Shown here piece by piece: positions 10,375 through 21,385 of a stretch of 64,000 nt of DNA. The position numbers and the translations under genes were made by a program. Under the pieces are notes generated by a model. The model saw only the letters and a list, made by a program, of their open reading frames with translations. It was not told the DNA's origin and searched no databases. How positions within the stretch are numbered: position 1 is the stretch's first letter; each line of letters opens with the position of its first letter. This DNA comes from Nitrospiraceae bacterium (GTDB taxonomy: Bacteria > Nitrospirota > Nitrospiria > Nitrospirales > Nitrospiraceae), in NCBI GenBank assembly GCA_050246315.1, contig JBFWWG010000002.1:128001-192000 (forward strand), written 5' to 3'.

Positions 10375-11482
10375 ATGTTGGAAGAAAGCCGCGGGCGCGT
10401 GAAGCGCATTGCCGAACAGGTTGCGGAGCTACGAGGGCATCTTTGACCTCCCTAAACTGACTGCCGACCTTCAAGATCTGGAACGTCAAACTGAACAGGT
10501 CGATTTCTGGAAGGACACCCGGACGGCTGCGCGCGTCAGCAGGAGAAAGGCGTCGCTTGAACGCGAGCGGCGCCAGTGGGAAGCGTTGGAGCAGAAACAT
10601 GGGGATCTTCAGGCCATGCTCGAATTGGCTGAAGAATCTGGAGACCCCGACATCGAACGGGAACTGGCCGGTGAAGTCGTTGCCTTAGAACAGGCGATTG
10701 ACCTACTCCGAATCGAACTCCTGCTCTCGGGCGAGCGCGACGACAGCAACGCCATCTTGGCCATTCATCCCGGAGCCGGCGGCACGGAATCCCAGGACTG
10801 GGCACAGATGCTGCTCCGCATGTACGCCCGTTGGGCGGAGCACAAGAGCTACAAGGTCGAGACGCTGGACCTACAGGCCGGCGAGGAAGCCGGCATCAAG
10901 AGCGCCACGCTGTCTATCGTCGGTCCCTATGCCTATGGTTATCTCAAGGCGGAGGCCGGAGTTCATCGATTGGTTCGGATCTCCCCATTTGACTCGAACA
11001 AGCGCCGACACACCTCCTTCGCATCGGTATTCGTGTATCCGGAACTGGAGGACGACGTGGAAGTCGTCATTGACGATAAGGACCTCCGCATTGACACGTT
11101 TCGGGCTGGCGGAGCCGGCGGGCAGAACGTCAACAAGGTCGAGACCGCCATCCGCATCACGCATCTTCCGACCAACATCGTAGTGCAATGTCAGAACGAA
11201 CGGTCTCAACTGCAAAACCGGATGGGCGCGATGAAAATTCTGAAGGCGCGCCTCTTCGAGGTGGAACAGCAAAAGAAGGAAGCCGAGTTCAACGCCATCG
11301 TCGGCGAAAAGAAGGACATCGCCTGGGGCAGCCAGATCCGTTCCTACGTGTTCCAGCCCTATCAAATGGTGAAGGACCACCGCACCGCGGTGGAATCCGG
11401 AAACATTCAAGCGGTGATGGACGGAGAGCTGGACGCCTTTATCGAAGGGTATCTGACGAAACAGATCACGGCCAACAAATAA
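10375..11482 (+). CDS. prfB: peptide chain release factor 2 (programmed +1 frameshift)
   Basis: ATG 10375 reads [23 protein letters not shown] then CTT-TGA-C; the +1 frame carries SPF and GGQ motifs. Confidence 0.97.
10433..10447 (+). promoter_or_regulatory. prfB autoregulatory +1 frameshift site
   Basis: GAGGG-CAT-CTTTGAC: SD-like element followed by the slippery CTT TGA C. Confidence 0.92.
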
Positions 11483-11540
11483 GTCCGCCTCCGTCGCCGC
11501 GCACTGGCTGGACGGGCGGGCCATCGGAGTCGTACCGCAC

Positions 11541-13031
11541 ATGGACGAACTGAACGATCAGCGACAGCAACGCATCATGAAACTGGACCGGCTCCGCGCG
11601 CTGGGCGTGGCGCCCTACGGCACCAAATTCGCCTGGAAGGACCGAGCCGGTGTGCTCATCAGGCAGCACGGTTCCAAGCCGAAGGAACAGCTGGAACAGG
11701 AACAGGTCGCCTGCACTCTCGCCGGCCGCATCGTCGGACTCCGCCGATTCGGCAAGGCGGCGTTTGCCGTTCTGCAAGACGGAGCAGAACGCCTGCAGAT
11801 CTATCTCAAGAAGGATGTCTTGGGAGAACAGGCCTCGCGGATCTGTGAGGAGCTGGACTTGGGCGACTGGATCGGCGTGGAGGGCCTGTTGTTCCGCACC
11901 AAGACCAACGAGTTCACAGTCGAGGTGAGGCAGCTCACGTTTCTCAGCAAGGCCCTGCGTCCCCTGCCCGAGAAGTGGCACGGCCTCACCGACGTGGAAA
12001 CCCGCTACCGCCAGCGCTACGTCGACCTGATCGCCAACCCTGACGTCCACGAAATTTTCGTCACGCGAAGCCGGATCATCGGCGCGATCCGCAGCTTCCT
12101 CATCGGCAAGGGCTTTCTCGAAGTCGAAACGCCGATGATGCAGCCGATTCCCGGCGGTGCGGCCGCCCGTCCCTTCGTCACCCACCACAACGCACTCGGA
12201 GTCGATCTCTACCTGCGGATCGCTCCCGAACTGTATCTCAAACGACTCATTGTCGGCGGCTTCCCTCGTGTGTTCGAGATCAACCGCAATTTCCGGAACG
12301 AAGGCATTTCCACGATCCACAATCCGGAATTCACGATGCTGGAGTTCTACGTAGCCTACGCCGACTATCAGGATCTGATCGTTCTGACAGAGGAACTCTT
12401 CGCCCATTTGGCCTCCGAGGTCCTGGGAACCACCGAGATCGAATACCAGGGACACCAGATCAATGTGGCCAGCCCCTGGCGACGGTGGTCCTATCGCCAA
12501 GCTATTCTTGAGGTCAATCAGCTTTCTCCCGAATCCCTGATGACCGAGCAGGCTGCCAGGGACACGGCCCGGCGCCTGGGACTCTCCGTCGATCCCAAAG
12601 CCGCCCTTCCGTCAATCGTTAATGAGATTTTCGAGGAGACTGTGGAGCCGAATCTGATTCAGCCCACCTTCATCACCGACTACCCAATCGAACTCTCGCC
12701 GCTGGCACGGCGCAAGGACAGCGATCCCTCCCTCACCGACCGCTTTGAACTGTACATTGCAGGCCGTGAAATTGCCAACGCCTTCTCCGAGTTGAATGAT
12801 CCGCTTGATCAGCGCGGGCGATTTGAACAACAATCGGCACAGCGGGAGACCGGCGACGAGGAGGCCCATCATCTCGATGAAGACTTTCTTCGCGCGCTGG
12901 AGTACGCGATGCCTCCGACCGCCGGCGAAGGGATCGGGATCGACCGGCTGGTCATGTTGCTCACCAATCAGGCCTCCATCCGCGACGTGATTCTGTTCCC
13001 GCAACTACGGCCGGAAAACCTGGAGCAATAG
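11541..13031 (+). CDS. lysS: lysyl-tRNA synthetase (class II)
   Basis: [29 protein letters not shown]. Confidence 0.98.
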   Translation: MDELNDQRQQRIMKLDRLRALGVAPYGTKFAWKDRAGVLIRQHGSKPKEQLEQEQVACTLAGRIVGLRRFGKAAFAVLQDGAERLQIYLKKDVLGEQASRICEELDLGDWIGVEGLLFRTKTNEFTVEVRQLTFLSKALRPLPEKWHGLTDVETRYRQRYVDLIANPDVHEIFVTRSRIIGAIRSFLIGKGFLEVETPMMQPIPGGAAARPFVTHHNALGVDLYLRIAPELYLKRLIVGGFPRVFEINRNFRNEGISTIHNPEFTMLEFYVAYADYQDLIVLTEELFAHLASEVLGTTEIEYQGHQINVASPWRRWSYRQAILEVNQLSPESLMTEQAARDTARRLGLSVDPKAALPSIVNEIFEETVEPNLIQPTFITDYPIELSPLARRKDSDPSLTDRFELYIAGREIANAFSELNDPLDQRGRFEQQSAQRETGDEEAHHLDEDFLRALEYAMPPTAGEGIGIDRLVMLLTNQASIRDVILFPQLRPENLEQ

Positions 13032-13033
13032 GC

Positions 13034-14305
13034 GTGCAGCTTCCTTATGAAGTGTATGTCGGGCTCCGCTATCTGCGCGCCAAACGCCGCCAGCGCACGA
13101 TCTCGCTCAACACCTTTGTGTCGGTCACCGGCATCACCTTGGGCGTCGCCGCGCTGATCGGCACACTCGGCATCATGACCGGGTTCAAAGAGGATGTGCA
13201 GGCCAAGATCATCGGCACGACCTCCCATATCATCGTGCAAGACCGCACCAAGGATGGGATCGAAGGCTACACCGCGCAGGTGCAGCAGGTGGAACAGGTG
13301 CCCCGCGTCGTCTCCGCAACCCCCTTCGTCTACAAGCAAGTCTTGCTCAGCAGCCAGGCCGGCGTGCAGGGAATCGTCTTGCGCGGCGTCGATCCCGAGC
13401 GGGAGGCCAGGGTGACGGAGCTGGGCAAGAATATGAAAATGGGCCGGCTGGAGGATCTGCTGAAGCCGGTGTCCGTCACCGTCCCGACTGGAACCGATAA
13501 TCAAACGGAGAAGGCGCTGCGGCCCGGCATCATTCTCGGCAAGGAATTGTCGTTTCGGCTGGGCGCCTTCGTCGGCGACGTGATTAACGTGGTGTCTCCG
13601 GTCGGACCGGTCAGCGCCATCAGCATCACCCCCAAGATCCGCACCTTCGCGGTGGTGGGCATTTTTGAATCCGGTATGTACGAGTACGATTCATCCCTGG
13701 CCTATATTTCGATTGACGAGGCGCAAAAATTCTTCAACATGGGGTCAACCGTTACGGGCATCGAGGTGAAAGTCGATGACATTTTCCAAGCCGGCGACAT
13801 CGCCAACGACATCGAGCACGCGCTGGGGTTCCCGTTTTCGGCCAGGGATTGGATGCAGCTCAACCGCAACCTGTTTTCGGCGTTGAAGCTCGAAAAGACG
13901 ATGATGTTTCTCCTGTTGGTCTTGATCACGATCGTCGCTTCCTTCAACATCGTGAGTACGTTGACGATGATCGTGACGGAGAAGCAGCGGGAGATCGCGA
14001 TCCTGAAAGCCATGGGCGCCACGCGGAAAGCCATCATGCGAATTTTCATGTTGAACGGGCTGATCATCGGCTTGACCGGCACGGTGGTCGGTATCCCGCT
14101 CGGGTACGCGTTCCTCTGGTTGATCGAACATTACTGGACCTTCGATCCAACCGTGTACTATATCTCGCACATTCCGGTGCACGTGCAGGCCGTGGACGTA
14201 GTCCTCGTGTCCGCCACCGTTCTCTCGATCAGCTTAGCCGCCACACTCTACCCGTCCTGGCAGGCTTCCAAGCTCGAACCGGCCTCGGCGCTGCGGTACG
14301 AATAA
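13034..14305 (+). CDS. lolE: lipoprotein-releasing ABC transporter permease LolC/E
   Basis: Four-TM FtsX-type permease; EIAILKAMGA; C-terminal ALRYE. Confidence 0.9.
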   Translation: MQLPYEVYVGLRYLRAKRRQRTISLNTFVSVTGITLGVAALIGTLGIMTGFKEDVQAKIIGTTSHIIVQDRTKDGIEGYTAQVQQVEQVPRVVSATPFVYKQVLLSSQAGVQGIVLRGVDPEREARVTELGKNMKMGRLEDLLKPVSVTVPTGTDNQTEKALRPGIILGKELSFRLGAFVGDVINVVSPVGPVSAISITPKIRTFAVVGIFESGMYEYDSSLAYISIDEAQKFFNMGSTVTGIEVKVDDIFQAGDIANDIEHALGFPFSARDWMQLNRNLFSALKLEKTMMFLLLVLITIVASFNIVSTLTMIVTEKQREIAILKAMGATRKAIMRIFMLNGLIIGLTGTVVGIPLGYAFLWLIEHYWTFDPTVYYISHIPVHVQAVDVVLVSATVLSISLAATLYPSWQASKLEPASALRYE

Positions 14306-14401
14306 CGTCATGGGTCAAGCCTCACACGTGAATCGTACAGGATCGGACCAGGATGCCTTCTCGCGCATGGCGATGGGCACATGTCGTATCACGGTGACTT
14401 C

Positions 14402-15064
14402 GTGATCAAAGTCGTCAATCTCACTAAGTCCTTTCCTATGAACGGCCGGGACCTGGTGATTCTTCGTGGCATCAATTTAGAGATCGCGCGAGGAGAATTC
14501 ATTGCAATCGTGGGAGCTTCCGGAGCCGGCAAGAGCACGCTCATGCACATCCTCGGCACCTTGGACCGACCGACGCAGGGGACCGTGTATTTCGAAGGGC
14601 AGGACCTCTTTCGCTTGCCGGAACAGGAACAGGCCGAGTTTCGCAACCGGAAGATCGGTTTCGTCTTCCAGTTTCATCATCTGCTCCCGGAGTTCACCGC
14701 ACTGGAGAACGCCTGCATGCCGGCTTTGATCCAACACCGGCCTCAGCAGCAGGCGGAGGCCGAAGCCACAAACCTGCTCCAGGAAGTCGGCTTGGGCGAA
14801 CGCCTCCACCACAAATCCGGAGAACTATCGGGTGGCGAGCAGCAGCGGGTCGCGATCGCCCGGGCGCTGATCCAGCGCCCGGAGCTTGTGTTGGCTGACG
14901 AACCGACGGGCAACCTCGACACCCACACCGGCGACGATGTCTTCGGCCTGATGCGCACGCTCAATCGAAGCCGCGGCACCACCTTCATCATCGTCACCCA
15001 CAACGAAAAGCTTTCCGCCCAAGCCGACCGCATCCTCCGCATGGAAGACGGCCTGATCGTCTGA
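14402..15064 (+). CDS. lolD: lipoprotein-releasing ABC transporter ATPase
   Basis: GASGAGKST, FQFHHLL, LSGGEQQR, ADEPTGNLD. Confidence 0.93.
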   Translation: MIKVVNLTKSFPMNGRDLVILRGINLEIARGEFIAIVGASGAGKSTLMHILGTLDRPTQGTVYFEGQDLFRLPEQEQAEFRNRKIGFVFQFHHLLPEFTALENACMPALIQHRPQQQAEAEATNLLQEVGLGERLHHKSGELSGGEQQRVAIARALIQRPELVLADEPTGNLDTHTGDDVFGLMRTLNRSRGTTFIIVTHNEKLSAQADRILRMEDGLIV

Positions 15065-15425
15065 GAGGCTCCAGGAAAAGACCGCGGCTTTGTTGGGGCC
15101 ATCAGTGCGGGGAGTACTTGTTGCGTTCCTCCTTCTGCAACGGGTCCAAGATGCACTGGGTCCCACGCAAAGAGACTCATCTCTGAAGTGGTTTCTCCAG
15201 TCGGCCAGATCTTTCCGATGGGCGCGCAATTCGCACAACGTGTGGATGAGATACGACACCCACCGGCGGATATTTCCAATCGACAGCTCTATGGTCCGAG
15301 ACGACGCCACACTATGGAATCTTGGCACGAGAGACGGCTCAGCGTCGCCTTCGTGGTAAGCGGACCAACCCGGCCGACGCCCGGAGGATGAAATCCTGAG
15401 TGTGACACGAGGAAGTCACTCTCGG

Positions 15426-17432
15426 TTACGGCGACAACTTCTGCCGCCGTCTCACATACTCTTGTATCGCCGTAACGAACGCGGCATGGCTCCAGGTCAG
15501 AGGAGACACCGACAAAGGAGCGCCAGAGTAAGGGTGCACCTGTTCGGAAAACACTCCAGAAGGCAAGGCATGGCGGACGCACCATTCGAATAGCGGCAGC
15601 GCTCGTTTCAGGTCCTCCTCGTGATGTGCCGTTGCAATGAGCCACTGAGCCAACCAAAGCGTACAGATGAACCACGGATTTCCGGGAATGTTCGCGATGT
15701 CGCTGCTCTGCTGGTGATAGTAATCGTTCTCGTACCGCGCCATTCCTCCGATTCCGGTCTTCACCCAGAGACGTTCGTGCACGGCATTAACGGTTTGGAC
15801 GATGCGCGGATCATCGGGTGGAAACATTCCGAAATACCACAACCCGAAGACCGAGGAATCCAGCGTTTCGTCGACGGACCAGCTTCCATCTGACGCGCGT
15901 TGCACCATCCGGGCAAAGCGATTCAGTTCCGGACGATACAGAATGGCTCCCACCCCATGCTTGATCTGGTCGGCCGCCCCGGCGTAACGTTCGGCAAGAG
16001 CCTTCTCGCCGAAGGCGTTCGCGAACCGAGACGCGGCAACAAGTCCTCCCCACACCGCTCCACAGGTAAAGGCCAAGACGCCGCGTCGTTCTTCCCAGAG
16101 ATCGAAGGAAGGCAAGGGCAAGCCTGTAACCGCATCGCGATAATTCGTCATGAAGTCCGCAGCGCGGATGATCAGCGATCGGTACAGCGGCTTGATGTAC
16201 TCGACATTCTTCCACGTCTCGAAACGGTTCCAGAGCGCCCACAATACGAGGGCCGTCTCGTCCTCCTGAATCGGCAGCTCCTTTCGACCGTCGCGCACCC
16301 ACGGATGCCAGCTCGATGCCAACGTCCTGTCCGGATTGTATTTATGGAGCAAATATCCTTCTTTGGTCAGGACCCGATCACAAAAGGGATAGAAGGGACG
16401 CGCGATTTCCAAGAATCCGCACAGGTCCAAGGCATAGGCAACCATCGCGCCGTCGCGAGGCCACATATAGGAGTAGGTGTCGCGCACCTCAGAGGCGATG
16501 TCGGAGTCATTGGCGGCAAGGATAGCGCCCTTGTTGTCAATCTGCGTGCGCATGATGAGGAGACTCAGTCCGTAGAGCCGACGGGTTTCGTCCGGGAGAT
16601 CGGCGAAGTCCGGCCGATGTACGTCTAACCAGAGGCGCCAGTACGAGGCCGTCCGGTCAAAAAACATCCAGGGGCCGCGACGGCGCACGGAGCGATTCAG
16701 GCGTGTGACCTCGTCGAAGTTTGACCCGACCGCCAACCAATAATACGCCGTTTGCGACGCGTGGGCCGGCACCGTGAGATGGACCGCTACCGTGGAATCG
16801 ACCGAGCCTTGGGCGATCGGGTTCCCGGAGAGCATGCCATCCTCCGCGTCCTTCCACGTTCCTTGCAGACTCTGGATCTCCTTGTGACCGCAGGCCCATT
16901 GATGGAGCCCGATGTGCCAGCCCTCGACGGAATCAGCGGCATCTTCGGGTCGTTTTCCCGGGGTGGCCGTGTTGATGAGGAACCAACGGGGGCCTTTGTA
17001 GTGATAGACGGCACGACGCTCCGGTTCATAATAGGCCGTGTCGCCCAGTTCGTGACCTGAGATATGAAAGTCATGATGGAAAAACAGTCGGACTTCGCGG
17101 TCGCGGTCCGCCCCATTTCTGACGTCAACCCGGCGTACAAGAAGACTCTGGTGAAAATCGACGGCATCCTGACAACTCAGATCAAGCCGGAGATCCGGGT
17201 GGGAGAGTTCCACCTGAGTGACTAACGTTTCATGCGAGTACCGCAGTTGTCGGTTCCAATGGGGATCGTCCAACCACACGAACAGACCATCGGCCCAGAC
17301 GCCAAAACGACAGACATGTCCGTCCGTATGATTCTCCAGGCCGACATGCGGCCAGTAGAGATCACGAAGCTGATAGGTGGCGTCGAAGTTGACGAGCAAG
17401 GACCCGTTGCCGAGAGGCAGATCACGAGGCAC
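15426..17432 (-). CDS. glycoside hydrolase family 15 (glucoamylase-like)
   Basis: YMWPRDG, DLWEE, EQV..PLTWSHA motifs; GTG start with AAGGAGG. Confidence 0.9.
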   Translation of the reverse strand: MPRDLPLGNGSLLVNFDATYQLRDLYWPHVGLENHTDGHVCRFGVWADGLFVWLDDPHWNRQLRYSHETLVTQVELSHPDLRLDLSCQDAVDFHQSLLVRRVDVRNGADRDREVRLFFHHDFHISGHELGDTAYYEPERRAVYHYKGPRWFLINTATPGKRPEDAADSVEGWHIGLHQWACGHKEIQSLQGTWKDAEDGMLSGNPIAQGSVDSTVAVHLTVPAHASQTAYYWLAVGSNFDEVTRLNRSVRRRGPWMFFDRTASYWRLWLDVHRPDFADLPDETRRLYGLSLLIMRTQIDNKGAILAANDSDIASEVRDTYSYMWPRDGAMVAYALDLCGFLEIARPFYPFCDRVLTKEGYLLHKYNPDRTLASSWHPWVRDGRKELPIQEDETALVLWALWNRFETWKNVEYIKPLYRSLIIRAADFMTNYRDAVTGLPLPSFDLWEERRGVLAFTCGAVWGGLVAASRFANAFGEKALAERYAGAADQIKHGVGAILYRPELNRFARMVQRASDGSWSVDETLDSSVFGLWYFGMFPPDDPRIVQTVNAVHERLWVKTGIGGMARYENDYYHQQSSDIANIPGNPWFICTLWLAQWLIATAHHEEDLKRALPLFEWCVRHALPSGVFSEQVHPYSGAPLSVSPLTWSHAAFVTAIQEYVRRRQKLSP

Positions 17433-17581
17433 GCGCTGATTCCTCCTTCAGGCATCCCGACAGGTCCGACCGCCGACAACCGGATCTGAGATCATCCGTG
17501 ATCCTATGCTGTATCGGCCTTCACGGGCGTTCGAAGGACATTTCAACAGCCTGCGAGTGACCCGTTTTCCGCGACCGGCTT

Positions 17582-18220
17582 TCACCGTCGCCTCCTCTCA
17601 GCGTCCCGCCGGCGAGATTGGGTCGGTGAAGCATCGAGATGGTCGGTGCTCCGCTCCTCGCCTTTTGCGGAAACAAGGTTGTCTGCTGGATAGGTAATGC
17701 GCATTCTGGACACCCGTGCGAAGGGTGTCAATGCATGTGGATGGGTGTGTGGCAGATTCGTGATGTGCTCCACGCCGAGGCCGCGGACGATCAGCGCGTC
17801 GGCGATGAGTGACCGGTGACAACGCCAGGGCACGGCTTCGGCGCACATCAGCGCGACCCGTTTCTCTCGCGCGACCTTCATGAGGCGGTTCAGTGCGATT
17901 TCAAATTCCGCGCCTTGCATGTAATCGGCGAATCCCCGGAAGGACGCATTGTGCCAGCCGAGATTCAGCGAATCGGGTCGTGCCCTCCGCAGGCCTCCGA
18001 GACCGCCGATGTGGAGATAGCCGATTCCCGCCCGTCTCAATGAGAGCGGCAAGGTCTCTCGGTTGAATTGCGGATTGTGCCGCGAGCGCGGGATCGTCCG
18101 GACATCCACCACCCGCTCAACGCCGTGCGCGCGCAGCAACTTAAGAAAGGCCTCCAGCGAGCGATTGCTGTGACCGATGGTCAGCACGACAGGCTCATGC
18201 GACCCACGGCGCGAACTCAT
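17582..18220 (-). CDS. DUF488 family protein
   Basis: TIGHSNR, DVRTIPRSR, LGGLR, LMCAEAVPWRCHR; ATGA overlap with the alkA stop. Confidence 0.88.
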   Translation of the reverse strand: MSSRRGSHEPVVLTIGHSNRSLEAFLKLLRAHGVERVVDVRTIPRSRHNPQFNRETLPLSLRRAGIGYLHIGGLGGLRRARPDSLNLGWHNASFRGFADYMQGAEFEIALNRLMKVAREKRVALMCAEAVPWRCHRSLIADALIVRGLGVEHITNLPHTHPHALTPFARVSRMRITYPADNLVSAKGEERSTDHLDASPTQSRRRDAERRRR

Positions 18221-19119
18221 GCCACTAACCCCCTTCGGTCGAGACCATCGAGCAACAGATGAAAGTAAATCAACCCGGCGAACGGTCTCCACTTGTGCAG
18301 CACCTTGTGAACATGGTCATAGTCCGGCGGCCGTCTAAGCCGCAACCAGCGTTGGAGCCCCTTCTGTGCCCCCACATCATCGCCGGGGAACTGATGAATC
18401 CGGCCTAGGCCGCGCAACAATGTGTACTCCGCCGTCCAACGTCCCACCCCCCGCAACTCCATCAGCCGGGTCACGATCTCAGCATCCTCGATGGTCGCAA
18501 GACTCTCTGGATCGAGTGTGCCTTGCACGACCGCACGAGCCGCTTCAATGAGGGCTTGCCCCTTGCTTCGGCTGTATCCCAACGCTCTAAGCGCGCTCAC
18601 CTCGACCTTGGCCACCTCTTCCGGACGTGGAAACGCACGGCCTTCCCTCTCGGTTCCCAGCCCATAGCGCTCCGTCAACCGATTCATCAGAGTAATTCCC
18701 ACCGTCAAGCTGAGTTGCTGGCACGAGATGGCATTGACCAGAGCCTCGAACACAGTAGGGAAGCGAGGCGGCTTCAGTCCCCGAAAGCACCGGGCCAACG
18801 CATCTAGCTTTGCTTCTCGAGTCGCCAACCGATAGAACTTCCGAAGGTCCAGGTGGAGGCCTAACAAGCGCTCCAATGCAGCGGTAATGTCGGCCCGCGC
18901 CGTCGACGGCAGGTCGGCCCCGGTGACGGTGACGGTCAGCATGTTGTTCTGCTGTTTGACCGCCACCTGAGCCGGCAGTCTGCCGAGAACGAGTGTCCGC
19001 CGGTACGTCCCTTCTTCCCAGCGATCCATCGCATTGTTCGGGCGTCGACGCAGCGCCCAGACGGTCAGATCAAGCCGAAACGGCCGCACCGGATGCAATG
19101 CAAACTCGATCTGCCTCAT
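18217..19119 (-). CDS. alkA: DNA-3-methyladenine glycosylase II (AlkA, HhH-GPD)
   Basis: FEALVNAISCQQ, LRGVGRWTAEY, FPGDD, WRPF. Confidence 0.88.
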   Translation of the reverse strand: MRQIEFALHPVRPFRLDLTVWALRRRPNNAMDRWEEGTYRRTLVLGRLPAQVAVKQQNNMLTVTVTGADLPSTARADITAALERLLGLHLDLRKFYRLATREAKLDALARCFRGLKPPRFPTVFEALVNAISCQQLSLTVGITLMNRLTERYGLGTEREGRAFPRPEEVAKVEVSALRALGYSRSKGQALIEAARAVVQGTLDPESLATIEDAEIVTRLMELRGVGRWTAEYTLLRGLGRIHQFPGDDVGAQKGLQRWLRLRRPPDYDHVHKVLHKWRPFAGLIYFHLLLDGLDRRGLVA

Positions 19120-19180
19120 GGTTCAGGAGCACCTGCTCGTCCCGCTCTGCCGCAGTAGAAGTCATCGTGAATCATGTGGG

Positions 19181-20089
19181 CTAGATATGTTTCACCGTCA
19201 GCACCGGACAGTCGGCTCGACGCAACACGGCCTCTGCCACACTCCCCAAAAGCAGACGAGAGACACCACGACGGCCGTGCGTACCCATCACAATCATGTC
19301 ACAGGCCTGCTCCTGGGCAACCTCCAGAATGACGTCGGCGGGCGAGCCCTCCTTGATCAAGCATCGAGCAGTCGAACCTTCCGCTTTGAAGCGCTCCGTC
19401 ATGTCCAACAGTCGTGTTTCGATCGACTCTCGTAACTTCTCCCAGCCGGCAAACGCACTCATGCTGAAGCTGACTCCGAGCGATCGCCACTCCATCACAT
19501 GGAGAATCGTCACCGAGGCGTGGAATTTCCTACCCATCTGAAGGGCACAGTCGACCGCCGGCAGCGACGATTCCGACAGGTCCGTGGCTAACAGGATGTG
19601 CCGCATGCGGACGGTATCGGTCGATGCACGGGGCGACATTTCGTTTCGGCTGAGATGAAGCGGCCTGACTGTCAGGACCGGACAGGACGCTCCTTTGACC
19701 ACCCGCTCCGCAGTGCTTCCGAGGAGGACATGTTCTAGTCCGCTGTGTCCGTGAGAGCCGACCACCACCAGATCCGCCTTGAGGGTTCCTGCTACGGCGA
19801 CGATCCGTTCGCTGGGTATGCCTTCCTCCTGATGCGCCTGAGCACGCACCCCTGTCCGTTTCATGTGCGAAGCCAAACCTTCGAGTTTGACCTCGATTTC
19901 CTGTCGGATGTGAGCAAGCCTCACATGGTCGAATGCGCCCAGAAGGTCGACGTCCGGCCAGAGCGGGATCACGTGCAATAGGTCCAGATGGTTGTTCCAT
20001 GCAGACGCAAGGAACGATGCGTAGGCGAGGGCTCGGGTCGCACCGGACGAAAAATCGGTCGCTAATAGAATCCGTTCCATTTTCCACAT
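19181..20089 (-). CDS. tandem universal stress protein
   Basis: Two USP domains (ILLATDFS / ILLATDLS; GSHG..LLGSTAE, GTHG..LLGSVAE). Confidence 0.93.
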   Translation of the reverse strand: MWKMERILLATDFSSGATRALAYASFLASAWNNHLDLLHVIPLWPDVDLLGAFDHVRLAHIRQEIEVKLEGLASHMKRTGVRAQAHQEEGIPSERIVAVAGTLKADLVVVGSHGHSGLEHVLLGSTAERVVKGASCPVLTVRPLHLSRNEMSPRASTDTVRMRHILLATDLSESSLPAVDCALQMGRKFHASVTILHVMEWRSLGVSFSMSAFAGWEKLRESIETRLLDMTERFKAEGSTARCLIKEGSPADVILEVAQEQACDMIVMGTHGRRGVSRLLLGSVAEAVLRRADCPVLTVKHI

Positions 20090-20152
20090 CTTGTCTCCCT
20101 GTCGCACTCACTTGGACACATGGTAGGCATCGACCCTCAGTGAAGAGAAGAC

Positions 20153-21319
20153 TCAAGCCATCTCGAGTGCACGCTCCAGATCGGCGATCAAATCTTCCAG
20201 ATCCTCGCAACCGACGGAGATTCTCACGAGCCCGCTCGTGAGTCCCTGCCGCTCCATGACCGCTTTCGGCGTCGCGACATGGGTCATCGACGCTGGATGC
20301 TCGATCAATGTATCGACCGTGCCAAGAGACACCGCCAACGTACAGAGGGTCAGGCCTTTCAATAACCGCTTGGCCGCCTCGAATCCGCCGGCGACTTCAA
20401 AACTAAAGCAACCGCCGAAGCCGGTCATCTGTCGGGCGGCGACATGGTGGCCGGCAAAATTGGGATCACCGGGATAGTACACCTTGATGACTTTGGCATG
20501 GCCGGACAGGAATTCGAAGAGCCTCATCGCATTGTCGTGATGCCGCTGCATGCGCAGGGAAAGAGTTCTGATGCCCCGTAGCAACAGATAGGCGTCGAAC
20601 GGGCTGAGGATGCCGCCGGTATCGCGGCGATAGGCTCGAATCTTTTCGGCCAACTCTGGGCGGGCCACAGCGAGCCCTCCGATCACGTCGCCATGGCCGT
20701 TCAAATATTTCGTCGCGCTATGGAGTGAGATATCCGCGCCGAGATTCAACGGTCGCTGGAAATAGGGGCTCGCGAACGTGTTATCGACGATCGTCAGGAT
20801 GCCCTTAGCCCCGGCCAGTTCGGCGAGGGCCCGGATGTCCGTGATCTTGCACGTGGGATTGGCAGGGGTTTCGTAGAATATCACCCGGGTGTTCTCCTGG
20901 AGCGCATGCTCGACCGCCCGGACATCCGAGGTATCGACCACGGTGGAGGAAACCCCCAAATCCGCCAAGCGCTCCGTGATGAAATGGAGGCTTGGACTAT
21001 AGAGCGCCTCTCCGCAGATGAGATGATCGTGGACCTTCAGCGCACTCAACAAGCTCCCCTGGATGGCCGCCATCCCTGAGCCGAAGGCCACGGCTGCCTC
21101 CCCGTTTTCCAGGTCCGCGACCACCCGCTCGACGGCTTCGACGGTCGGGTTTCCCATCCGGCTGTAGACATATCCGGCACGGCGACCCAGAAACAGATCC
21201 GCACCCTCTTCGGGAGAATCGAACGCGAACGTGGACGTCAGGTAAATCGGCATCGTATGAGCGTTCAACGGCTTCGTCCGTCCGTCGGCGTGTAATTGTC
21301 TCGTGGTAAATCCTTGCAT
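20153..21319 (-). CDS. PLP-dependent trans-sulfuration enzyme (methionine gamma-lyase/cystathionine lyase family)
   Basis: YSRMGNPT, FGSGMAAI, ETPANP, DNTF, SATKYLNGHGD, AVSLG. Confidence 0.88.
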   Translation of the reverse strand: MQGFTTRQLHADGRTKPLNAHTMPIYLTSTFAFDSPEEGADLFLGRRAGYVYSRMGNPTVEAVERVVADLENGEAAVAFGSGMAAIQGSLLSALKVHDHLICGEALYSPSLHFITERLADLGVSSTVVDTSDVRAVEHALQENTRVIFYETPANPTCKITDIRALAELAGAKGILTIVDNTFASPYFQRPLNLGADISLHSATKYLNGHGDVIGGLAVARPELAEKIRAYRRDTGGILSPFDAYLLLRGIRTLSLRMQRHHDNAMRLFEFLSGHAKVIKVYYPGDPNFAGHHVAARQMTGFGGCFSFEVAGGFEAAKRLLKGLTLCTLAVSLGTVDTLIEHPASMTHVATPKAVMERQGLTSGLVRISVGCEDLEDLIADLERALEMA

Positions 21320-21385
21320 GGATCGACTCCTCTGTTCGCGCCCGTCAATGCTCACGGGACCCTCACGTGATCTCGCGCGCTCTGC

